Assembly (NCBI GenBank): GCA_965203485.1 | Contig: OZ241892.1 | Coordinates: 2,720,001 to 2,784,000 of the forward strand | Source: Longimicrobiales bacterium | Lineage (GTDB): Bacteria; Gemmatimonadota; Gemmatimonadetes; Longimicrobiales; Gaopeijiaceae | Length of the DNA: 64,000 nucleotides | Direction of reading: 5' to 3' | In this document: in pieces, positions 8,520 through 17,284 of the stretch | How positions within the stretch are numbered: the first letter of the stretch is position 1 | How the letters are laid out: each line of letters begins with the position of its first letter | Notes under the pieces: generated by a model | The model's database searches: none | What the model saw: only the letters and a program-made list of their open reading frames with translations | What the model was told of the DNA's origin: nothing | Position numbers and translations under genes: made by a program

Positions 8520-10184
8520 ATGATCAAGCTCGCGTCACCTCCGCGCGCGGCGAGGACAGGCGCCGGCCCGGGCCGCGCGCTGCGCTTCGCCGCGTGGGCG
8601 GCCGGCGCGCTGGCCTTCGCCCCGTGCGTTGCGCTGGGCCAGGCGACGGCGTACGTGCCGAACCTGGATCCCGCGTACGAGGACCTCGCCGTTCTCGTGG
8701 CCGCCGGCATCGTGAAGCAGGCTCTCGGCGGCCATGGCCCCAGCTCGCGAGCCGCCTTTGGCCGGTGGGCCGCCGAAGCGGCGCGGTCGTTGGAGGAACG
8801 CGGCGGGGCGGCGGCGGCCGTCGAAGAAGCGGCGGCGCGGCTGGCCAGGCGCTTCGGGCCGGACGCAGGTGAACGCGGCGGCGGGCCTGGGCGCGCGGCT
8901 GCCGCGGCGGTCGCCGGCGCGTCCGCCGAGATCTGGGCCGCCCGGTCGCCGTCTCGCCCTCTCGGGCCGGGCGCCGCCAGTCAGATCAAGGGCATCCTGA
9001 ACCCGTTGCTGAACGGCAACCAAGGCGGGCCTGCGATCGACGGCTGGACCGCCGCCGCCGCATTCTCCGTGGAAGCGGAGGCCGGACGGCTGGCCGTCCG
9101 CGTCACCCCCCAAGCCTGGGTGGCCCATTCGGCGGACGGCCGAACGAACGCGGCTTCGGCAACCCTCTTCGACGGTTACGCCAGGGCCGTCTTCGGCCCG
9201 GCCGCCCTCGACGTCGGCCGCAACCACGCCATCTTGGGACACGGCCGAGCCGGGGGGACCGTGCTCTCGGACAACCCGCGCGGGCTCGACATGGTCCGCG
9301 TCGCCTCCGAGCGCCCGTTTCGGCTTCCCGGCGGTCGCTGGGGCCTCTGGCGAGCTTCCGCGCTAGTGGCCCGCATGGAGTCGAACCGCGACACGCCCCG
9401 CAGCCTGCTGGCGGTCTTCCACCTCGGCCACCGTCCCGTCCCGGCGTTCGAGTGGGGCTTCGTGTACCTGAACCACCAAGCGGGCGAGGGAGCGCCCAGC
9501 GGCACTTTGCTGGCCCGGTTGGCCGACCTGCTGCTGCCGGTCAGGGGTGGCACGATCGAAGTTTCCGACAAGGCGGGCGGCGGCCACGCGCGCGTGACGA
9601 TCCAACGCGCGAAGACGCAGCTCTACGTGAATTTCCTGGCCACGGACCTGCGCCGGGACTGGCGGCAGTTCCTCCGGGGATATTGGCGCGACGCCCTTTG
9701 GACGGCCGGCGCGAGCGCCCGCGGGCTGGGCGGCGAAGGAAGGCTCGACCTCTGGACCGAAGCGCGGCACGCCGGCCCTCTCGTGCACACGCATCACCAG
9801 TTCACGTCCGGCCTCACGCTGGACGGCAGGGTGATCGGCGACCCGCTCGGCCCCAACGCGTGGAGCGTCGCGGCGGGCGCGGCTTGGCGGGCCGCCGGGT
9901 GGACGAGCCGCCTCTCGGTCGCGCGCGAGCACTACTCGGCCGACGAATGGCGGTTGCGTCGCGAACCGGGCAAGGCCCGCCGCCAGTGGGCCCGCATCGC
10001 CGACAACGAGGACGAAGTGCGCCTGCGCCTCGTCGTCGACTGGCGCCGCCTCCCTGGCGCGGGCGGCGTCGAGACCGCCCTTCGTCTCGCCTACGAACGG
10101 GTAGGCAACTTCGCGTTCGACGGAAGCAACCGGGACAACTTCGTAATGCGCCTATCGTTCGGCTTCCGACCGCGAGGCGCGTAG
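8520..10184 (+). CDS. Capsule assembly Wzi-family outer-membrane protein
   Basis: Signal peptide; DPAYEDL N-terminus; DVGRNHAILGHGRAGGTVLSDNPRGLDMVR; IGDPLGPNA; amphipathic C-terminal beta-strand. Confidence 0.65.
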   Translation: MIKLASPPRAARTGAGPGRALRFAAWAAGALAFAPCVALGQATAYVPNLDPAYEDLAVLVAAGIVKQALGGHGPSSRAAFGRWAAEAARSLEERGGAAAAVEEAAARLARRFGPDAGERGGGPGRAAAAAVAGASAEIWAARSPSRPLGPGAASQIKGILNPLLNGNQGGPAIDGWTAAAAFSVEAEAGRLAVRVTPQAWVAHSADGRTNAASATLFDGYARAVFGPAALDVGRNHAILGHGRAGGTVLSDNPRGLDMVRVASERPFRLPGGRWGLWRASALVARMESNRDTPRSLLAVFHLGHRPVPAFEWGFVYLNHQAGEGAPSGTLLARLADLLLPVRGGTIEVSDKAGGGHARVTIQRAKTQLYVNFLATDLRRDWRQFLRGYWRDALWTAGASARGLGGEGRLDLWTEARHAGPLVHTHHQFTSGLTLDGRVIGDPLGPNAWSVAAGAAWRAAGWTSRLSVAREHYSADEWRLRREPGKARRQWARIADNEDEVRLRLVVDWRRLPGAGGVETALRLAYERVGNFAFDGSNRDNFVMRLSFGFRPRGA

Positions 10185-10215
10185 ACGCGGCGCTCCATCC
10201 TTCCCCGGCGCTCCG

Positions 10216-10237
10216 GCAGGACCCGCCGGGTCCCTGC
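10216..10237. terminator. GC hairpin between convergent wzi-like and sat/cysC genes
   Basis: GCAGGACCC-GCC-GGGTCCCTGC stem with one bulge; no U tract. Confidence 0.25.
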
Positions 10238-10238
10238 G

Positions 10239-11966
10239 CTAGCCGGCGAGGTAGCCCTTTCGCCGAACGTGCTCTAAGATTCTGTCCGCGGCCTCGGCGG
10301 GCGACGTGTCCGTGCCGTCGATCACGATCTCCGCGTCCCCGGGCGCCTCGTAGGGGTCCGAGACTCCCGTGAACTCCTTGATCATCCGGGCACGGGCACG
10401 GGCATAGAGGCCCTTGCGGTCCCGCCGCTCGCAGACCTCGATGGGCGTGGACACGTACACCAGGAAGAATCCCCCGGCCGCCTCGACCATTCGGCGCGCC
10501 TCCTTGCGGGCGTCGTCGTAGGGGGCGATGGGCGCGCAGATGGCCGCGCCCCCGTTCTTGGTGATCTCGCTGGCGACGAACGCCGTGCGGCGGATGTTGA
10601 GATCTCTGTGCTCGCGCGAGAAGCCCAACTCGCTCGACAGGTGCTTGCGCATCACGTCGCCGTCGAGAAGCGTGACGGGCCGCTGGGCGACTTCGAGCAA
10701 CTTGACCATCAGCGCGCCCGCGATCGTGCTCTTGCCCGCCCCGGACAGGCCGGTGAGGAACAGCGTGAAGCCCCGCTCGCGCCTAGGCGGGAAAGTGCGC
10801 CTCAACTCCGCCTCGACCGCCGGCAACGTGAACCAATCCGGCAACGCCTCTCCCGCGCGCAGACGCCGCCGCAGCTCGGTCCCCGACAACTCTTCCGTTC
10901 GCTCGCCGGCCGGCACCTCGCCCAGCGCAAGAGCCTTGCCCCGCGAAGGCACGTAGACCATTTCCTCGCTGGCGCAGAGCGCGATCCCCAACTCGGCCTC
11001 GTGCTCCCCGACCGCGTCCCGGGCCTCCTCGGGCGCGTAGAAGGGCACACCGGACGAGTCGCGCCCCGGCCCAGCATGGTCCCGGCCCACCACGAAGTGC
11101 GTGCAGCCGTAGTTCTTGCGCACGATCGCATGCCACACCGCCTCGCGCGGCCCGGCCATGCGCATTGCCAGCGGCAACAGCGAGAGCAAGGCCGTTCCCG
11201 GCGCGTACGCGGACATCGCGGCCCGGTAGCACCGCACGCGCGTGAAGTGGTCGATGTCGCCCGGAGCGGACGTCCCGACGGTGGGATGGACCAGCAGCTT
11301 GGCGCCCGCGGCCGCCGCGGCGCGCTTGGAGAGCTCCACGTGGACCCGGTGCATGGGATTTCGGGTCTGGAAGCCGACCACCCGGTCCCATCCCTTGGCC
11401 CGGAAGAGCGAGCGCAATTCGGCCGGGGTCCGGCGCAACTCCTCGTAGTCGTAGTGCACCAGCGGTCCCAGGCCTTCGACCCGTCCGCCCACGTAGGCCG
11501 TCGCCGCCTTCGCCAAGCGGCGCGCCCAAGGATGCTCGGCAAGATTCGCGGACGGTCCGCCGCGACGGCTCGCCAGCAACGCCTGCGCTTCCGCTTCCAC
11601 GTCCGGCTCCCAGACATCGTCCACGTGCTGGACGGCCACGATGTTGCCTTGGGCGTCGCGCAACGCGACCACGTCGCCACGCGAGAGCTTCTCCGCCAAG
11701 CCGCGCGGCACGGCCAGCGTCACAGGCACCGGCCAGAGCGTGCCGTCGGCCAAGCGCATTCTCGACAGAACGCTTTCGTAGTCCGTGCGCCCCATGAAGC
11801 CGCGCAACGGAGAGAAGGCCCCCGTGACGAGCAATTCCAAGTCGCACAAGGCGTGCTCGTCCAGGTCCCACGACCAGCGCCAGTCCAGGACGGCGTCGCG
11901 CATCTCCCGGCGGCGCTCGGCGGTAGCGCGCAGGTCGACCAGGACGCCGCCGTGGGGAGCGATCAC
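10239..11966 (-). CDS. sat/cysC: Bifunctional sulfate adenylyltransferase / adenylylsulfate kinase
   Basis: PHGG, GAFSPLRGFM, FQTRNPMHRVH, MRMAGPREA, FVVGRDHAG; C-domain LTGLSGAGKST, LDGDVMRKHLSSELGFS, EFTGVSDPYE. Start approximate. Confidence 0.93.
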   Translation of the reverse strand: MIAPHGGVLVDLRATAERRREMRDAVLDWRWSWDLDEHALCDLELLVTGAFSPLRGFMGRTDYESVLSRMRLADGTLWPVPVTLAVPRGLAEKLSRGDVVALRDAQGNIVAVQHVDDVWEPDVEAEAQALLASRRGGPSANLAEHPWARRLAKAATAYVGGRVEGLGPLVHYDYEELRRTPAELRSLFRAKGWDRVVGFQTRNPMHRVHVELSKRAAAAAGAKLLVHPTVGTSAPGDIDHFTRVRCYRAAMSAYAPGTALLSLLPLAMRMAGPREAVWHAIVRKNYGCTHFVVGRDHAGPGRDSSGVPFYAPEEARDAVGEHEAELGIALCASEEMVYVPSRGKALALGEVPAGERTEELSGTELRRRLRAGEALPDWFTLPAVEAELRRTFPPRRERGFTLFLTGLSGAGKSTIAGALMVKLLEVAQRPVTLLDGDVMRKHLSSELGFSREHRDLNIRRTAFVASEITKNGGAAICAPIAPYDDARKEARRMVEAAGGFFLVYVSTPIEVCERRDRKGLYARARARMIKEFTGVSDPYEAPGDAEIVIDGTDTSPAEAADRILEHVRRKGYLAG

Positions 11967-12090
11967 CCGGGCGCCCCGGTCCGTCGGGTGCGCGGCGCCG
12001 CCCTGGTCCGCGCGCGCCGGGCCCGACCGAGTCGGCCGCCGGGGGCGATCTCCCGAAGGCTCCTCGCCCCCATGCGGCGGCCCCCCGGCT

Positions 12091-13323
12091 TCAAGGCCCC
12101 GAATCGCCTCCGCCGGACGCCCCTCCCGCAGTGCCCACGGACCCGGCGGACACGTACCCCGCCGCACCGCCGTCCAGAAGCACGCGGTACCAGGCCCCGG
12201 CGGCGCCGACCACCCTCACCGCCGCGCCTGCCGACAGTTGCAGGAGAACTCCCGCGGCGCGCTCCGGGGCAACGCGCAACTCCGCTGTCCCGGCCGTGAC
12301 GCGCGCGCGGGCGCCCAAGAGGCCGGCGTCGGCGGCCTGCACGGGAAGCCGCCCCCCCGGAGGCCGCAGGAACGGCGCCGGGTCCACTGCTCCCTCGCCG
12401 CGCCGGTAGATGCCGAAATGAAGGTGCGGGGGCGTCGTGCGCGCGTTGCCGGTATTGCCGACGAGGCCCAGCGTGTCGCCGGTCCGCACTTCTTGGTTGC
12501 GTTGCACGGTCTGGCTGTCCAGGTGCGCGTAGTACACGCTGGCGTGGCGCAGGGTGTCGCGCACCCACACGACCTTGCCGCCCAACTCGGTAGTTTCCAC
12601 CCTGGAGACTCGGCCGGGCGTCGCGGACAGGACCGGCGTGCCGCGGGGCGCGAAGATGTCCACGCCCCGGTGTAGGCGGCGCCCGCCGTCGCGCGGGGCG
12701 CCGAACACGCTGCCGATCGCCCGCATCCCTCGTCCTTCCACCGGAAAGCCGAACTGGGCTTCCTGCCTGATCGTAACCCGGTAGGAGCCCCCTCGCAACA
12801 GTTCCGGCTGCAGGCGCAACAGGTAGGTTCCGCCTCGCCAGGGCTGGTGTACGTAGGCCAGCGGCGTGGAGTCCGACGAAAAGACCGGCCGAAGGGGATT
12901 GTCCGGCTCGTCGGCCTCGCGAAAGAGATCGAAGAAGACTCGCGCCTCCGAGCCCGCGTCCATCTCGATTTCGACCAGCAGCTTGCGTCCGCGCGGCAGG
13001 TCCACCCGGTAGCCCGCCGCCCCGGGCGCCTCCGCGGTGACGAAGCCGCTCTCTTGAAAGGGCATGGCCACCGCCGCGGCCGACTCCACGGCTCGGCGCC
13101 CGGCCGCCACCCAGTCGCGCACGAGCGCCGTCTCCGCGAGTCCGGCTTCCGCAAGCCCGGCCTCGTACGCTTCTCTCGGCGTCATGTCCCTGAACCGGTC
13201 GCGAAAGCGCGCCGAGGACTCGCAGGCGCCCGCCGCCAAGACGACGGCCGGCGCCACACATCGAGCCAGCGGCCCGGCCGCGCCGCCGCCCCATCCCGCC
13301 ACGCGACGGGCCCACCGCCTCAA
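12091..13323 (-). CDS. M23 family metallopeptidase, probable lipoprotein with a C-terminal SH3-like region
   Basis: Lipobox-like LAAGAC; HRGVDIFA, YYAHL, VGNTGNA..PPHLHFG. TTG start overlaps the pckA stop (start uncertain). Confidence 0.85.
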   Translation of the reverse strand: MRRWARRVAGWGGGAAGPLARCVAPAVVLAAGACESSARFRDRFRDMTPREAYEAGLAEAGLAETALVRDWVAAGRRAVESAAAVAMPFQESGFVTAEAPGAAGYRVDLPRGRKLLVEIEMDAGSEARVFFDLFREADEPDNPLRPVFSSDSTPLAYVHQPWRGGTYLLRLQPELLRGGSYRVTIRQEAQFGFPVEGRGMRAIGSVFGAPRDGGRRLHRGVDIFAPRGTPVLSATPGRVSRVETTELGGKVVWVRDTLRHASVYYAHLDSQTVQRNQEVRTGDTLGLVGNTGNARTTPPHLHFGIYRRGEGAVDPAPFLRPPGGRLPVQAADAGLLGARARVTAGTAELRVAPERAAGVLLQLSAGAAVRVVGAAGAWYRVLLDGGAAGYVSAGSVGTAGGASGGGDSGP

Positions 13324-14936
13324 GGCTCCGTCCCTGCGGCTCCCGCTCCCGTAGCGGTCACGGGAGCCGCCGCGGACGGCGCGCCGCCGAAGCGCGCAAA
13401 GTTCTCGCTGAACATGGCCGCCAACCGTTGCGCGGCCTCGTCGTAGGCGGATCCGTCGGCCCAAGCGCGGCGCGGCGACAACACCTCGCCCGGCACTCCC
13501 GGGACGCGCTCGGGCACGCTCATCCCGAACGCCGGGTCGCGCGTCGCGGGCACGCCGTCGAGCGCCCCGTTCAACGCCGCCTCCACCATCGCCCGCGTGT
13601 GCTCCAAGCGGATTCTCTCGCCCACGCCGTAGCCGCCCGCCGTCCACCCCGTGTTGACGAGCCAAACCCGTGCTCCGTGAGTCCGAATCTTCTCGCGGAG
13701 CAACTCCGCGTACACGGTGGCGCGACGCGGCAGAAACGGAGCGCCGAAGCATGCGCTGAAGGTGGCCCTAGGCTCGGTCACGCCGCGTTCGGTTCCTGCG
13801 ACCTTGGCCGTGTAGCCCGACAAGAAGTGGTACATGGCCTGCTCCGCGTCCAGCTTGGCGATGGGCGGGAGCACGCCGAACGCGTCGGCGGCCAGGAAGA
13901 AGACGTTGCGGGGATGGCCGCCCATGCCGCTCTCCACCGAATCGAGCATGAAGTCGATGGGGTAGGATGCCCGGGTGTTCTCGGTCAGCTTGCCGCAGTC
14001 GTAGTCCACCTCGCGCGTGCGCTCGTCCAGCCAGACGTTCTCCAGGATCGTCCCGAACATCCTCGTCGCCCGGTAGATGCCGGGCTCGCCTTCCAGAGAG
14101 AGCCGGATCGTCTTGGCGTAGCACCCGCCCTCGAAGTTGAAGACGCCGTCGTCGCTCCAGCCGTGCTCGTCGTCGCCGATCAGCTTGCGGCCCGGCGCCG
14201 CCGACAGCGTGGTCTTGCCCGTGCCCGACAACCCGAAGAAAAGGGCCGTGCCGCCGTCCGCCCCGACGTTGGCCGAGCAGTGCATCGGCAGCACGCCCCG
14301 CGCAGGAAGAAGAAAATTGAGCACCGAAAAAACCGACTTCTTGATCTCGCCCGCGTACGCCGTGCCGCCGACAAGCACCTCTCGCTTCTCGAAGTCGATC
14401 ACCACGAAGGCGCCCGAGCGGGTCCCGTGGCGGGAAGGCGTCGCCTCGAAGGACGGAGCATGATGAACGGTGAAGCGCGGTCGCAGTCCCAGCTCGCGCC
14501 CGGGCGGCAGACGGCGGAGCATGTTGTAGGCAAAGAGGTCGTGCCAAGGGCTCTCGGACACGACGCGGACTTCGATTTGGTAGCGTTCGTCGGCCCCGGC
14601 CAGCGCGTCGCGCACGTAGAGCGGCCGCTTCTCCAAGTGCTCGCGAACATGGCGCCTGAGTACCGCATAGTCGTCCGCGTCGAACGGCCGGTTGACCGAG
14701 CCCCAGTCGATGTCGCCGGCCGCCTCGCCGACGCGCACGATGAAGCGGTCGTCGGGAGAACGGCCGGTATGGGGAGCGGTCGTGGTGACCATGGCGCCGC
14801 CGCGCGCGATCCGTCCGGCTCCCGCCCGCACGGTCTCCTCGTAGAGTTGCGATGGGCTCAGGTTCCTGTGAACGGGCCCGCGCGGCATCCACCCGGGAGC
14901 TACCGCATCGAGTTTCTCAGTGGCCAAGGAAGCCAA
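13320..14936 (-). CDS. pckA: Phosphoenolpyruvate carboxykinase (ATP)
   Basis: HTGRSPDD, YAGEIKKS, PMHCSAN, FFGLSGTGKTTLS, LIGDDEHGW, NFEGGCYAK, TENTR, FSACFGAPF. Confidence 0.97.
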   Translation of the reverse strand: MASLATEKLDAVAPGWMPRGPVHRNLSPSQLYEETVRAGAGRIARGGAMVTTTAPHTGRSPDDRFIVRVGEAAGDIDWGSVNRPFDADDYAVLRRHVREHLEKRPLYVRDALAGADERYQIEVRVVSESPWHDLFAYNMLRRLPPGRELGLRPRFTVHHAPSFEATPSRHGTRSGAFVVIDFEKREVLVGGTAYAGEIKKSVFSVLNFLLPARGVLPMHCSANVGADGGTALFFGLSGTGKTTLSAAPGRKLIGDDEHGWSDDGVFNFEGGCYAKTIRLSLEGEPGIYRATRMFGTILENVWLDERTREVDYDCGKLTENTRASYPIDFMLDSVESGMGGHPRNVFFLAADAFGVLPPIAKLDAEQAMYHFLSGYTAKVAGTERGVTEPRATFSACFGAPFLPRRATVYAELLREKIRTHGARVWLVNTGWTAGGYGVGERIRLEHTRAMVEAALNGALDGVPATRDPAFGMSVPERVPGVPGEVLSPRRAWADGSAYDEAAQRLAAMFSENFARFGGAPSAAAPVTATGAGAAGTEP

Positions 14937-15216
14937 CCTTTGCGGGCGAGACGCGGCTCGCTCGGGGGCGGGACGCGCCCCGCCGTGTTCTATTGAAGAC
15001 GGAGATTATTGCTCCGGCGGCGGCGGCGGTCAACCGCGCCCAAGACGGCGAACGGCAGACCGTCGCTCGACGAAACTCCAGCCCGGCTCCGACTTGCTCC
15101 CGACACCGCGAGCGAACCCCCTGGTCCGGCGTCCGCCCGGCTCGGCGAACCCAGCCGCGCACGCACTCTCGCGTTCGCTCTGCCGGCGGCGGCCGCCTTC
15201 GCACTTGCGACAGCCG

Positions 15217-17136
15217 ATGGACGGTTGCGCCTCGGTTTCCTCGCGTTCGCCGTGCCGGCAACGGCCGCCCTCGCCCGCCCAGGAAACTAACATCCGGCGA
15301 GCGCGCCTCCTCCGCCGACCCGCTTTCTCGTGGCCGACCGCGCTGGCCGCGGCCGCGCTTGCGCCGGCTCTGGCCGGCGCCGCGCCCATCTCCGCTTCCG
15401 CCCAAGACGAGCCCGCCCCGTGTCCAGGTGGAAGGATCCGCAACGTGACCGTGGACAACCACTCCATCTTCGACATCGACGAGATCGATCCCTCCCACCG
15501 CTTTCGCCGCTGGTTCTTTTCGCTCGCCAACCGCGCGCACCGGCGCACTCAGCCGAGCTTCATCCGCAACGAGCTGCTGTTCAAGGAAGGCGACTGTCTG
15601 GACTCCCTCCTGCTCGACGAGTCCGAGCGCATCCTCCGTTCCTACCGCTTCATCGCCGACGCGGACGTCCACGTCGCCGAGGTGGGCGACGCGATCGTCG
15701 ACGTCGAGGTCCGGACGCAGGACGAATGGTCGCTGGAAATCAACGTCCGGCCCGAACTCGACGACGGGTTTCGCATCTCGCGGGTCGCGATCGCGGAAGA
15801 AAACCTGCTGGGGACCGGAACTAGGCTGTCCCTCTTTCGGCATGCGCACCGCGACCGGCACGACTTCGGAGCCGCGTGGCAGACGCCGCGACTGGCCGGA
15901 ACGCGGCTCGACGCCCAGCTCACCGGCGGAACGACGCGGTCGGGACGCTTCTTCGAGGAGACGCTGGCCTATCCGTTCGTGGCCGAAGTGGGCACCTTCG
16001 CCTTCGCCGAAACGGTGTCGCTGCGGCAAGACTACTTCGCGTACGCGGCACCCGCCGAGGCGCCCTACGAACGGGTGATGCTGCCCTTGGAGACCATCCG
16101 CGTTCACGCCACGGCAGCGGCGCGGGTGGGAAGCCCGGGAGACTTCACGGTGCTGGGCGCCGGCATGTCGTGGGAGGACCTCGGCTTCGGAGGATTCCCG
16201 GAGGGGCTGGCCACCGCGGCCGGCGACGATCTGGTCTTGCTGGCCGACGACGACTCGCTCGTCGCCGGGGCAGTCGCCCGCCAAGTACGGCCGGCGCGCT
16301 ACCTTCGGCTGAACGTCATGGGCGGCAAGCGCAACATCCGCTACGTGACGCGCCGGGGTCTCGACGCCATCGCCGGCGAGCAGGACATCCGGACTGGAAT
16401 CCAGGCGCTGGGCGGCCTCGCCGTCGAGCGGCGGTGGACCGGAGACCGGGGAAGCGCGAGCCACGGAATGCGGGGGCACGCGTTTCTGTTCGCCGGCGCC
16501 GCTGGGCCGCGCTGGGTCTTCAGTTCCGAGTTCGGCATCGAGGGGGCTTGGCAGTTCCGCGAGGGGGCCGCCAGCGACATCCTGGCAGAGATCGACGTTC
16601 ACTTCTACTGGCAGCCGAACGGCGGCTCTCGCCACACCTTGGCGACCAGCTTCTACGCCGCCGGCGGCTGGCGCGTCGCTCGTCCGTTCCAGCTGACGAT
16701 CGGCGGCCCCCACCGCGTTCGCGGATACGGCCGCTACGAATTCCCGGGCGGCCGGGCAGCGGTCGTGAACGTGGAGGACCGGATCCTCCTCGGCGGCCCG
16801 CTGGCCGACGCGGTGGACCTGAGCTTGGCGGTCTTCCTGGACGCCGGAGTCGCGTGGCGGGGCGACGCTCCCTTCGGGGCCGACTCCGGCGTGCGCGCCG
16901 CCGTGGGCGCTGGTCTCCGGGTCGGCTTCCCCGCGGGAACCCAGAGGCTTCCCCTTCGTCTGGACGTCGCGGCGCCGATAGAGCCCGGAGGACTCGGCTC
17001 GCTTCGCTACCGCATTGGCGTATCTGCGGCGGCCAGTCTCTTCGAGGGGCCGGGCGACCTCCAAACCAGCCGCAGCCGCGCCCCCAGTCCGGCGCTCGGC
17101 CTAGGCGGCAGGTCCGAAGGAGCCGGCCGCTTCTGA
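15217..17136 (+). CDS. Omp85 (BamA/TamA)-family outer-membrane protein with a POTRA-like domain
   Basis: Signal peptide (ASAQ); POTRA-like HRRTQPSFIRNELLFKEGD..LDESERILR..F; EENLLGTG; loop-6 VRGY; FLDAG; AVGAGLR. Start uncertain. Confidence 0.7.
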   Translation: MDGCASVSSRSPCRQRPPSPAQETNIRRARLLRRPAFSWPTALAAAALAPALAGAAPISASAQDEPAPCPGGRIRNVTVDNHSIFDIDEIDPSHRFRRWFFSLANRAHRRTQPSFIRNELLFKEGDCLDSLLLDESERILRSYRFIADADVHVAEVGDAIVDVEVRTQDEWSLEINVRPELDDGFRISRVAIAEENLLGTGTRLSLFRHAHRDRHDFGAAWQTPRLAGTRLDAQLTGGTTRSGRFFEETLAYPFVAEVGTFAFAETVSLRQDYFAYAAPAEAPYERVMLPLETIRVHATAAARVGSPGDFTVLGAGMSWEDLGFGGFPEGLATAAGDDLVLLADDDSLVAGAVARQVRPARYLRLNVMGGKRNIRYVTRRGLDAIAGEQDIRTGIQALGGLAVERRWTGDRGSASHGMRGHAFLFAGAAGPRWVFSSEFGIEGAWQFREGAASDILAEIDVHFYWQPNGGSRHTLATSFYAAGGWRVARPFQLTIGGPHRVRGYGRYEFPGGRAAVVNVEDRILLGGPLADAVDLSLAVFLDAGVAWRGDAPFGADSGVRAAVGAGLRVGFPAGTQRLPLRLDVAAPIEPGGLGSLRYRIGVSAAASLFEGPGDLQTSRSRAPSPALGLGGRSEGAGRF

Positions 17137-17284
17137 CGCCCTTGCCGGGGCCATCCCCAGCGCATCGTCGGGCGGCAGGCGGCGAGTCCGGGGAAGCAGC
17201 CCTTCCGGCTGACCGACGTCCTCGCCGAAGGCGGCCCCCAACACGCTGTGGACGCGCCGCGCGGAGACGCCGTATCTTTCGAGG

